Below, piece after piece: positions 9,309 through 17,758 of a stretch of DNA of 64,000 nt. The notes under the pieces are model-generated. The model was not told the origin of the DNA. It searched no databases and was given only the letters and a program-made list of their open reading frames with translations. The translations under genes were made by a program, and so were the position numbers. This DNA comes from Candidatus Daviesbacteria bacterium (GTDB lineage: Bacteria; Patescibacteriota; Microgenomatia; Daviesbacterales; UBA10151), in the NCBI GenBank assembly GCA_016187025.1, contig JACPKM010000001.1, positions 171,188-235,187 on the forward strand, read 5' to 3'. Within the stretch, counting starts at the first letter, position 1, and each line of letters opens with the position of its first letter.

Positions 9309-11108
9309 TTGATTATGAATTTTGCAAATATATTTAAAAAAGGAGCTGCACAAAAAAACGCTGCCGCACCAAATTTTGATTTAAAGGATGTGCTAGCTCC
9401 TGCAGAAATTGAGGTAGATTTTAACGACATAAGAATCAATAACCGCTTTTATAGAACATATTTTGCATCAAATTATCCCCGTTTTGTTGAACCGAACTGG
9501 CTAGAACCCCTGATCTCTTTTGAGCATTCCCTTTTTATATCTATGTTTATCTACCCTTCTGAGTCAAAAGGTATACTTGATGATTTAAAAAGAAAGATCG
9601 GAGAAATGGAGGCTACCATTCAAACCGATCTGGAAAGAGGGCATGTAATTGATCCTGCTGTTGAGGTGGCGCTTGGGGATGCAAGAATTCTCCAGGAGCA
9701 ACTTGTCAAAGGTGTGGAGAGATTTTTCCAATTTGGACTTTACGTTACTGTACCCGCCAGTAGTAAAGATGAGTTAAGAAACACTTCAAAGCTTATTGAA
9801 TCAACCCTTGGTTCTATTTCAATTTCCTCAAACCCCACAACCTTACAAATGGAAGATGGTTTTAAAACTACCCTACCTATTGGGCAAGACTTACTAAATC
9901 TTTCCCATAATATGGACACTACCTCTGTTGCGACCACTTTTCCTTTTGCATCGTCTGAACTAACAGCAAATGAAGGCATTATGTATGGAATAAACCAGCA
10001 CAACGAATCTTTAATTCTTTTTGACAGGTTTTCTCTGGAAAATGCGAATTCAGTAGTGTTCGCCAAGTCTGGCGCGGGCAAGAGCTTTTTTGTAAAACTA
10101 GAGGCCTTACGTTCCTTAATGTTTGGCACAGAAATCTTAATTATCGATCCTGAGCAAGAATACTATCCTTTATGCCAAGCAGTTGGTGGAGAATATTTAA
10201 ACTTTTCAGCCAATTCGCCAATCAAAATCAACCCTTTTGACCTTGCTGGTGAGGTATCGGGAGAAAATAGACAAAGAAGTATATTTTCTGGCGAAAATGA
10301 GCTGGGAAGAAAAATTCTTTCCCTAACAGCCTTTTTAAAACTTGTTATGGGTAGTCTTGATCCTATTGAATCAGCAATTTTGGACAGAGCCCTAAAGCAA
10401 ACTTATGCTTTAAAAGGCATCACAGATGACCCTAAAACCCAAAACAGACAGCCGCCTTTAATGGAGGATTTATATAAAGTTTTAACCGGTATGGAAGAAA
10501 GACCTGCCTTATCGCTGGCTGCAAGACTGGAAAGATTTATTAAGGGATCTTTGGCAGGAATCTTTTCTTCTCACTCTAATTTACAAATTACTAACTCCTT
10601 TACGGTTTTTTCAGTCAGAGATTTAGCAGATCAGCTAAGGCCTTTAGCAATGCATTTGATACTGGAATTCATCTGGACAAAAATTAGGACTAGGTTAAAA
10701 AAAAGGATTCTAATTGTAGATGAGGCCTGGTATATGATGCAGTTTGAAGATTCAGCAAACTTCCTTGTAGACCTTGCAAAGAGAGCGCGCAAGTATTATC
10801 TAGGTGTTACCACCATCACCCAAGATGTTGAAGATTTCTTGGCCGGTGAAAGGGGTAAAGAGATTATCTCAAACTCATCTATACAAGTACTGCTAAAACA
10901 AGCCCCTGCTTCAATGGATCTGCTCTCAAGAGTCTTTCACCTATCAGAAGGCGAACAAAGACTACTATTGTCTGCTGGTATTGGCCAGGGATTGTTTTTT
11001 GCCGGCAATACCCATGTTGCCATGCAGGTGGTTGCGTCACCTGAAGAACACAGACTGGTTACTTCTAATCCTGCTGAGCTGATAATTACAGGGCCACCGC
11101 CTATATAA
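9309..11108 (+). CDS. virB4: VirB4/TraC-like T4SS ATPase (C-terminal part including ATPase core)
   Basis: CagE/TrbE/VirB-type region (FYRTYFASNYPRFVEPNWLEPLI), Walker A FAKSGAGKSFFV, Walker B ILIVDEAWYM. A GAGG ribosome-binding site lies upstream of the ATG. The Walker A sits unusually early, consistent with the N-terminal domain being in the preceding ORF. Confidence 0.85.
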   Translation: MIMNFANIFKKGAAQKNAAAPNFDLKDVLAPAEIEVDFNDIRINNRFYRTYFASNYPRFVEPNWLEPLISFEHSLFISMFIYPSESKGILDDLKRKIGEMEATIQTDLERGHVIDPAVEVALGDARILQEQLVKGVERFFQFGLYVTVPASSKDELRNTSKLIESTLGSISISSNPTTLQMEDGFKTTLPIGQDLLNLSHNMDTTSVATTFPFASSELTANEGIMYGINQHNESLILFDRFSLENANSVVFAKSGAGKSFFVKLEALRSLMFGTEILIIDPEQEYYPLCQAVGGEYLNFSANSPIKINPFDLAGEVSGENRQRSIFSGENELGRKILSLTAFLKLVMGSLDPIESAILDRALKQTYALKGITDDPKTQNRQPPLMEDLYKVLTGMEERPALSLAARLERFIKGSLAGIFSSHSNLQITNSFTVFSVRDLADQLRPLAMHLILEFIWTKIRTRLKKRILIVDEAWYMMQFEDSANFLVDLAKRARKYYLGVTTITQDVEDFLAGERGKEIISNSSIQVLLKQAPASMDLLSRVFHLSEGEQRLLLSAGIGQGLFFAGNTHVAMQVVASPEEHRLVTSNPAELIITGPPPI

Positions 11109-11116
11109 ATTGTAAA

Positions 11117-12952
11117 ATGGACAAAGCGTTTTTAATTGCAGCATTACAGGCAAAGATCAAAAGGCCCTTTAGACAAAGTTACGGAGGAAAACCATATAAT
11201 GAAATCTTTGAGCAGCTCAGAGCTGATAAGACATTTGCCGGTGTTAGCAGAAACAATCCCGATGATATCAGCCTAGCAGAAAATATTCTCGGCATATTAC
11301 TCACTTCTGAGACAAAAAGGTCTGCTCAGCCCCAAGACGAACCTGCGGAGGAAAAACAGAAAAAAGAGAAAAAAGCAGAATGGAGACCTAAGCTAGACTC
11401 ACCCAGTCAAACCAAAAACACCACCCCAGAACCTGAAGCATTTAGTATACCCTTGCCTATTTCAAGCTTTACAAAAACAGTTTTAAGTAAAACTTTAATA
11501 TTTATCAGAAAATCAGTGGGTAAATACATCAGTCTTTCCGGATTTGTTTCCTCAATAGAAAAACTTGTTTATCCAAACACCTCCGGTTTATCAGAACATA
11601 GAGACTATAGTTTGGGACCTGGGTCAAATATACCTAACAGAAATGGTTTTTCGCTTTTTTCAACAGGTGGTTTTAATTTTTTCAAAGGACGGGCATTGAT
11701 AATTTTTTTTATCATTCTTTTTATCATTTTACTAATCGGCATGCTCTCCGGACCAATTACTACACCCAGTAACACTCCGTCTGATATAACCTCAGGAAAT
11801 ATAAATACCTGTCAATTTACCAGAAGTGATCAAAATCCAAAGGAAGCATCTTTTAAAAGTCCCCTGCTTTTGGGCTATATCGAGGAAGCATCTAGGCTTA
11901 CCGGGATACCCCTGGTTGTTTTAGCAGGTTTTATACGAGTAGAATCACCTTCCTCAGTTAATTTTACTGATGAGCAAACAAGAAGCTACAAATGCGCTAT
12001 CAGTCCCACAGGAGCCTTAGGAATAATGCAAATACAACCTGCAGGCACAAGAGGCCATGATGCACCGGCAGTAACAAATGGTGCGGATTTTTTAGGATTG
12101 GATTATCAAACCTTAACGCAAGAAGATTATTGTGACGTAAGGAAAAATATTATTTTAGGAGCTGGGTTTATTTTAAAAAAGATGAGTTATTTAAAATTTG
12201 GAGACGGTACCAAATGGGATCCAAGCTGGACCAGAAACCAAAATGCCATCTATGCACTGGCAGAAAGCTATTATGGGTGTTTAAACTATGGGGGGTCTAA
12301 TCCTTTAAAATGCGATGGGCCATATAACTACGGACAAGATGTCTGGTCCAGTGTTTTAAGTTGTCAGCAAGGAGCTCCTCCTTCCTCAGCAGGTTTTACT
12401 AACCCTGAAGGGTTTGTCTATTATTGCCAGGGTGATCCAAGATGGGATAATAAATCTGGTTGCGGAATAGGTCAGATTGGATGCGGACCAACCTCGCTTG
12501 CAATGGTATTTAGTAGCCTAGGAAAGGCTGTAACCCCAGACCAGATGTATCAAACATTCTCGTCACAAAACAGGATTAACTGCGCTGTAGGTAGCTATAT
12601 GGAAACTATCCTCCAAGACAGGGCCTGGATGAGGGATCAAGGGTTTGAAGTAGGCCCAAGGGTGGTTGCAAATGGAAATCTTGATTTACCCAGAGCCAAG
12701 CAATACTTGGCAGAAGGCTATTTAATTGTTGGTTCTTCCCAAACTTTTCCCAGTTATATATCCAACAGGACTTTCCCTCATATATTTGTGGTTAATGGGG
12801 TAAATATAGAAGATAAAACCTTTAGTATCCGAGACCCGGCAAACTGCGACTACTCAACAGGAGTAGAGGTTGTTAGCAGGCAAATTAAACCGGCAAATGG
12901 TATAGGAGGGTTAAATTGGGCCTATGCTTACCCAATTAAAAGGATAAGATAA
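11117..12952 (+). CDS. VirB1-like bifunctional cell-wall hydrolase: lytic transglycosylase (SLT) plus C39-like cysteine peptidase, membrane anchored
   Basis: Cytoplasmic N-terminus, then one TM (ALIIFFIILFIILLIGML). SLT motifs E-S...AISPTGALGIMQIQP and YNYG. C-terminal CQGDPRWDN...GCGPTSLAMVFSSLG matches Peptidase_C39_2. The architecture parallels TcpG/CwlT/PrgK. Confidence 0.7.
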   Translation: MDKAFLIAALQAKIKRPFRQSYGGKPYNEIFEQLRADKTFAGVSRNNPDDISLAENILGILLTSETKRSAQPQDEPAEEKQKKEKKAEWRPKLDSPSQTKNTTPEPEAFSIPLPISSFTKTVLSKTLIFIRKSVGKYISLSGFVSSIEKLVYPNTSGLSEHRDYSLGPGSNIPNRNGFSLFSTGGFNFFKGRALIIFFIILFIILLIGMLSGPITTPSNTPSDITSGNINTCQFTRSDQNPKEASFKSPLLLGYIEEASRLTGIPLVVLAGFIRVESPSSVNFTDEQTRSYKCAISPTGALGIMQIQPAGTRGHDAPAVTNGADFLGLDYQTLTQEDYCDVRKNIILGAGFILKKMSYLKFGDGTKWDPSWTRNQNAIYALAESYYGCLNYGGSNPLKCDGPYNYGQDVWSSVLSCQQGAPPSSAGFTNPEGFVYYCQGDPRWDNKSGCGIGQIGCGPTSLAMVFSSLGKAVTPDQMYQTFSSQNRINCAVGSYMETILQDRAWMRDQGFEVGPRVVANGNLDLPRAKQYLAEGYLIVGSSQTFPSYISNRTFPHIFVVNGVNIEDKTFSIRDPANCDYSTGVEVVSRQIKPANGIGGLNWAYAYPIKRIR

Positions 12953-12956
12953 AAAT

Positions 12957-13412
12957 ATGAGCTTTATTAAAAACAATCTGGGTTTAATTTTTTTTGCTAT
13001 AGCAATACTTACTGTCATCATTGTTGCTTCTGTATATTTGATACTAAAACCCTCCTCGCAACCCACACCCTCTCCTGTTGTAATATTTTCCCCTTCTCCC
13101 AAGCCTAACCTGGAGCAAAAAGTATTCGCCGGAGAACCTGATCCAAACAGAAGCTATCAGGTAATCACCGAGCAAAATAAACAGCAAGGAGAACAGGATT
13201 ATTTGGTGGGGGTTCTTGCTGATAAACTGCCCTTTCAAGGAGTCAACTTCAGCCTGCTTTACAATATTTCTAACAATCAGTTTGTGGTAGTCTTTAACAG
13301 CAGCAATAAAAGCGTGGCTGAGCAAGAGTTTAACCGGTTTTTAGAACAAAACGGCATTAAAGACCAGGGATGGCTGTATAATTTATATATAACAGAACAA
13401 CCGTATGAGTAA
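12957..13412 (+). CDS. Small membrane-anchored extracytoplasmic protein (possible VirB8-like/T4SS accessory)
   Basis: N-terminal TM (LGLIFFAIAILTVIIVASVYLIL) followed by a ~120-aa soluble domain. It is co-directional and tightly spaced with the T4SS genes. Confidence 0.35.
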   Translation: MSFIKNNLGLIFFAIAILTVIIVASVYLILKPSSQPTPSPVVIFSPSPKPNLEQKVFAGEPDPNRSYQVITEQNKQQGEQDYLVGVLADKLPFQGVNFSLLYNISNNQFVVVFNSSNKSVAEQEFNRFLEQNGIKDQGWLYNLYITEQPYE

Positions 13413-13860
13413 GGGCAAAATAATTTTTCTGAGCACTATTATTTTAATTCTTCTTTTTTTAGCTGGATTTTTCCTTTCTAATAATAAAGATGGCGATGGC
13501 GATGGTAACATAGACACATCATCACAGGCAGTAGTTGACGATTCAAAACCAAGAGTAGTCTCAGTTCAACCTACCCAACAAGAGGCTCCTTTTATCACCC
13601 AAAACCAGGTGATTACGGTTACTTTTAATATGCCGGTCGAAAATACAGGTGAGTTTAAACATAAAATAGAGCCAGAGCTAAAATACCGGCTGGAGCCTTC
13701 TGCAGACAGAAAAGTAATAAAAATTACACCTGAGGAGCCTTATTTACTAGGAACCGAATATACCTTATTTATCAAGCCGGAAACCAAGTTTGATGGCAAG
13801 AAAACATTAAACGAAGAAAAAATATACCATTTTAAAACTATCCAATACCGCGGGGTCTAA
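13405..13860 (+). CDS. Small membrane-anchored protein with Ig-like (SbsA/Big-like) domain
   Basis: N-terminal TM (IIFLSTIILILLFLAGFFL), then SVQPTQ...VITVTFNMPVEN...KVIKITPEEPYLLGTEYTLFIKP, typical of bacterial Ig-like domains. It overlaps the previous ORF by 8 nt. Confidence 0.35.
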   Translation: MSKGKIIFLSTIILILLFLAGFFLSNNKDGDGDGNIDTSSQAVVDDSKPRVVSVQPTQQEAPFITQNQVITVTFNMPVENTGEFKHKIEPELKYRLEPSADRKVIKITPEEPYLLGTEYTLFIKPETKFDGKKTLNEEKIYHFKTIQYRGV

Positions 13861-13877
13861 TCCTCCATCTGCTGCGT

Positions 13878-14978
13878 TCAACTTAATCTTACAGGCATAA
13901 TTATATATTGCAATCCCTGCTCTCCAATGGGCTTTATCAAAGCCGCCGACAGCTGTCCTGATAGCTCAATCATTACTTGACTTGTAGGCGAGGCAGCAAC
14001 TGCATCTTGTAAAAACTTGGCATTAAAAGCAACTTGTAAATCTTCTCCCTCGATTTGCCCTTCTACCTCATTTTGCTGGCTACCTAACTCTTTTGCGGAA
14101 GACTCTAAAACAAGCTTACCTTCTGACACCTTAAACACAATAATATTTGCCTCACTTCTGGCAAACACTGAAGCCAGCTTTACCGCTTTTAAAATCTGGT
14201 CTTTATCAACTACTGCCCGGGTTATCAGCTGTGTGGGAATAATTTTTTCCCAAGAAGGAAATTGTCCTTCTATTAAACGGGAGGAAACTATTGTCTGGCC
14301 AATAGAAAATATAATCTGGTTTTGATTTACAGAGGTTGCAATACTTATTTGCTCTGCAGCTTCTTCTGAAATCACCCTTAAAACCTCTTCAAAGGTTTTT
14401 TTGGGAATTAAACTTTTAAACTCTTTGGTATTTTCTGGCAGACTCACTTGTCTGTGCGCCAACCTGAACCCATCGGTTGCCACAAGGTCAAGCTTATCTT
14501 TAGATGCATGAGTTAAGATTCCCGTTAAAACAGGCCGTCCTTCATCAACCGCTGCTGAAAAAAGAATTTGCGAGCAAGACACTAAGACGTCTTTTTTAAA
14601 CACTATCCCTTCACTGCCTGGCAGGGGAATCGCAGGAAACTCAGAAGCTGAAATGCCATTTACCGTAGCTTTAAACTTACCGCTAGTTATTTCTAAAACA
14701 TCACCCCTTGATTCAAGCTCAACTTTAGAAGAACCTATTCCCGAGATAAGCTCAACGATTGTTTTTGCTGGAACAGTTATTTCTCCTTCTTCTAAAATAT
14801 CTGCAGGGATTTGTTTTATTACTCCAATTTCTAGATTTGTCCCTGCAATTTTAATTTTCTTATCTTGAGCTGATAAGAAAATATTATCTAAAACAGGCAG
14901 CGTTGATTTGACTCCTACAGATCTTGAGACTGCTGATAATGGAGGCAGTAAGTCTTGTTGTAATACTGATAGCTTCAC
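13878..14978 (-). CDS. dnaN: DNA polymerase III beta sliding clamp
   Basis: MKLSVLQQDLL...LPVLDNIFLSAQDKKIKIAGTNLEIGV is the beta-clamp N-terminus. Size and domain organisation are typical. It lies downstream of dnaA. Confidence 0.9.
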   Translation of the reverse strand: MKLSVLQQDLLPPLSAVSRSVGVKSTLPVLDNIFLSAQDKKIKIAGTNLEIGVIKQIPADILEEGEITVPAKTIVELISGIGSSKVELESRGDVLEITSGKFKATVNGISASEFPAIPLPGSEGIVFKKDVLVSCSQILFSAAVDEGRPVLTGILTHASKDKLDLVATDGFRLAHRQVSLPENTKEFKSLIPKKTFEEVLRVISEEAAEQISIATSVNQNQIIFSIGQTIVSSRLIEGQFPSWEKIIPTQLITRAVVDKDQILKAVKLASVFARSEANIIVFKVSEGKLVLESSAKELGSQQNEVEGQIEGEDLQVAFNAKFLQDAVAASPTSQVMIELSGQLSAALIKPIGEQGLQYIIMPVRLS

Positions 14979-14983
14979 TAAAA

Positions 14984-15433
14984 TTACTCCTTCCGGGCAG
15001 ATACAAAGCGGTTGATCTCCTCTTCGGTCACCTTAATCAACCGGAAATGAATCTTTCCTTGTGTAATGAGGTTTTTAATATGTTTTTCCTCATCAGTCAA
15101 GATGTAATTAATCCCAGACTTCACTTCAATAAAGTCGATACGCTCATTATTTTTAATACCAATAAAATCAATTGGCCACCCTAAGGGCACTATCCTGTCA
15201 TAATCATACCTTAGCTCAGCATATGTCAAAAGCTCTGCCATTTTTCCTTTTTGTGGGTTTATAGAGCCTTGAATGGTTTGTAAAACCCTAGCAGGCAAGT
15301 CCTGAACTCCCTTGTATAAATCTATTAAATCTGTAGGGATATCTTGGGCTTTTTTTGAATGAAGTCTTCCTAATAAATAAGCTACTGCTAAAAAAAGTAT
15401 AAATAATCCTGCCAGAACCAAATTCTTTTCCAT
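14984..15433 (-). CDS. Membrane-anchored PD-(D/E)xK (Hjc/restriction-endonuclease-like) fold protein
   Basis: N-terminal TM. Motif IDFIGIKNNERIDFIEVKSG (D...E-V-K) resembles the Hjc/VRR-NUC catalytic core. It is inserted between dnaA and dnaN. Confidence 0.35.
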   Translation of the reverse strand: MEKNLVLAGLFILFLAVAYLLGRLHSKKAQDIPTDLIDLYKGVQDLPARVLQTIQGSINPQKGKMAELLTYAELRYDYDRIVPLGWPIDFIGIKNNERIDFIEVKSGINYILTDEEKHIKNLITQGKIHFRLIKVTEEEINRFVSARKE

Positions 15434-15616
15434 AAGTTTTCAACTTATAAATTAGATTATACCTTACTTTTTAATACAGTAGTGTTATTAATATAGTCTG
15501 TGGATATGTTAATAACAACTTTTTTCAGGTTCACCTTTCACCTTTTTTTCGTGTTAACGGCTTGTTGAGAAATTGTGGATAACTGGTGGAAAAAGTGGAT
15601 AACTGGTGGAAAAGTC
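15434..15616. promoter_or_regulatory. DnaA-box cluster / candidate oriC element downstream of dnaA
   Basis: TGTGGATAT at 15499-15507, TGTGGATAA at 15574-15582, and GTGGATAA again at 15595-15602. These sit within a direct repeat, gtggataactggtggaaaa, present twice (15576-15594 and 15596-15614). An AT-rich stretch at 15440-15540 is a possible unwinding element. Confidence 0.6.
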
Positions 15617-16930
15617 TTAAATCAACCTTTGCTTGATCTCGCCAATAACCCTTTGTATCTCCTTGTCACGAGAAAGCAGGGTTTTAATTTTGTCCCGGCC
15701 ATGCATAATAGTGGTGTGGTCCCTGCCTCCCAGCATCTGTCCCACTCTTTCTACAGTTATATTTAGTTCTTCGCAAAGAAGGTACATAGTAAGATGCCTT
15801 GGTAACACAAGCCCCTTTTGTCTTTTTGGACCAGTCAGATCTTTTTGGGAGATATCAAAATACTCGCAGATGGTTGTAAAAACCCTTTTTTGGTCGAAGC
15901 GGGTAATTCTTTGAGTTGAATCCTGTAAAAACGGACTAACATTTTGGATAGTTGGTGCCAGGTTTTGAGCGTGTAGCGCCTGAAGGATTTGAACCAATTT
16001 TCCCTCCAGCTCCCTGATATTAACATCTAAAGAAGAAGCCAGTTGCTTTAATACTTCCTCGGGTAACTCTTCATCTTTCTCTGCGCATTTAGCGCGCAAA
16101 ATCGCCACTCTGGTATCAAAATCCGGAGGTTGGATATCCAGCATCAACCCGCCGGCAAACCTGGATTTTAGACGATCTTCCAGTTTAACTATCTCGTGGG
16201 GAGTCCGGTCTGATGTTAAAACCATTTGAGCGTTTTTCCCCTGCAGCTCATTAAATGTATGGAAAAATTCTTCCTGAGTCCCTTCTCTGCCGGAAAAAAA
16301 TTGAATATCATCGATCAGCAAAAGGTCAATTGAACGGTATTTGTTCCTTAGCTCCCCCATTTTGTGTTGCTGGATTGCAGAGACGTAGTCATTCATAAAT
16401 TTTTCTGAGGAACAATAAATAACCTTTAAACGAGGCTTATTTTTTAAAAGAGCATGACCTATCCCAAGCATTAAATGTGTTTTCCCGACACCTGTTCCCC
16501 CATAAAGAAACAGGGGGTTATATGAGATGCCGGGGTTTTGTACCACTGCCTGGGCTGCAGCAAAAGCGACATTGTTTGATGGTCCAACCACAAAGTTTTC
16601 TAAAGTATATTTAGGATTTAATTGAAAAGCTGGGGCGGCAGGGGGCTGAAAAAAAACCTCTTCTGTAACTTCGGGCTTAGCTAAGTTTTCTTTGACCACA
16701 AATTCTACAACAACCTTTTTATTCAACATTCCTTCAAAGGTGGATTCAATTAAGGGTTTATGCCTTTGATTTAAAGTTTCTTTAATAAAGGCATTAGGGG
16801 TGGAAAGGATCACTTTATCTTCAGTGACCTCTTTTAAGCTGGTTTTTAAAAACCATGCCTTTAAATTGGCGCTGCTAACTTGAGGCTTAATAGTTTCCAG
16901 AAATCTATGCCAGAGCTTTAAATTATCCAT
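15617..16930 (-). CDS. dnaA: Chromosomal replication initiator protein DnaA
   Basis: AAA+ Walker A GGTGVGKTHLM, Walker B LLLIDDIQF, and the C-terminal DnaA-box-binding HTH (LTMYLLCEELNITVERVGQMLGGRDHTTIMHG). Confidence 0.95.
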   Translation of the reverse strand: MDNLKLWHRFLETIKPQVSSANLKAWFLKTSLKEVTEDKVILSTPNAFIKETLNQRHKPLIESTFEGMLNKKVVVEFVVKENLAKPEVTEEVFFQPPAAPAFQLNPKYTLENFVVGPSNNVAFAAAQAVVQNPGISYNPLFLYGGTGVGKTHLMLGIGHALLKNKPRLKVIYCSSEKFMNDYVSAIQQHKMGELRNKYRSIDLLLIDDIQFFSGREGTQEEFFHTFNELQGKNAQMVLTSDRTPHEIVKLEDRLKSRFAGGLMLDIQPPDFDTRVAILRAKCAEKDEELPEEVLKQLASSLDVNIRELEGKLVQILQALHAQNLAPTIQNVSPFLQDSTQRITRFDQKRVFTTICEYFDISQKDLTGPKRQKGLVLPRHLTMYLLCEELNITVERVGQMLGGRDHTTIMHGRDKIKTLLSRDKEIQRVIGEIKQRLI

Positions 16931-17086
16931 ATAGTAAATTTATTGTGGATAAGTCCACAAGAGTTATCCACAAAATAGTCTACACCTCCTTTTTTAGCAA
17001 GGTAGAGAAACTATTAAAAACTAGATCAATTTCTTAAACCAGGACCTTGCTATACAAAGATAGAATTTTCTGTTAATATTTATCTT
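16931..17086. promoter_or_regulatory. dnaA upstream region with convergent DnaA boxes / candidate oriC part; divergent rpmH promoter
   Basis: TGTGGATAA at 16944-16952 and TTATCCACA at 16964-16972 in inverted orientation. TTATCCATA overlaps the dnaA start. An AT-rich tract runs 17041-17086. Confidence 0.6.
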
Positions 17087-17224
17087 ATGCCAAAAAGGAC
17101 ATATCAACCCAAAGCAATTAAAAGAGTCAGAAAACATGGTTTTAGAGCCCGGATGCAAACCAAGGATGGTGCTAAAGTACTAAAACGCAGAAGAGCTGTG
17201 GGACGAAAGAGTTTAACTGTTTAA
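17087..17224 (+). CDS. rpmH: 50S ribosomal protein L34 (absent from ORF track, under 60 aa)
   Basis: Translates to [45 protein letters not shown]. Its stop overlaps the rnpA start (TAATG). Confidence 0.9.
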   Translation: MPKRTYQPKAIKRVRKHGFRARMQTKDGAKVLKRRRAVGRKSLTV

Positions 17225-17586
17225 TGCTTCCTAAACAAAAAAGATTAAACCTCAAAAAAGATTTTAAATGGGTGGCAGAAGGAAAATCTGCTAGCAGTAA
17301 GAGCTTTAAATTATTTTACAGAGCTGGTGAGAATAGATTACCAAGGATTGGCATTGCCCTTTCTACTAAATATTTTAAAAAAGCCCATGATAGAAACAGG
17401 GCAAAAAGGTTGATGTCCCAAGCGTTTTGTGATACAAATCACAAACTACAAAATAATCTAAATATTGTAGCCCTTCCCAACTGGAGGGTGTTTGAGGTAA
17501 AATCTGATAGTTTAAAAAAAGAGTTAGAAGGTTTACTTGGAAAAGAAGGGTTGATAAATGAAAAAGATAACGCTGGTGCTAATTGA
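17224..17586 (+). CDS. rnpA: Ribonuclease P protein component
   Basis: Basic 120-aa protein immediately after rpmH. KRLNLKKDFKWV...RIGIALSTKYFKKAHDRNRAKRL is typical of RnpA. Confidence 0.9.
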   Translation: MLPKQKRLNLKKDFKWVAEGKSASSKSFKLFYRAGENRLPRIGIALSTKYFKKAHDRNRAKRLMSQAFCDTNHKLQNNLNIVALPNWRVFEVKSDSLKKELEGLLGKEGLINEKDNAGAN

Positions 17587-17758
17587 TTTTTATAGAATCT
17601 TTTTGTCTTTTGACAGGGGTATTTTGTCTTTACTTGCTCCAGGCGGCGCGTGCAAATATGCCCCGACCTGCTCACTTTATACAAAACAAATGATTGAAAA
17701 ATATGGTGTGTTGAATGGAGTAATAAAGGGGCTAAAAAGAATATTAAGCTGCAGATGA
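17558..17758 (+). CDS. yidD: Membrane protein insertion efficiency factor YidD
   Basis: GGACKYAPTCSLYTKQMIEKYGV is a YidD hallmark. It lies between rnpA and yidC. Confidence 0.8.
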   Translation: MKKITLVLIDFYRIFLSFDRGILSLLAPGGACKYAPTCSLYTKQMIEKYGVLNGVIKGLKRILSCR

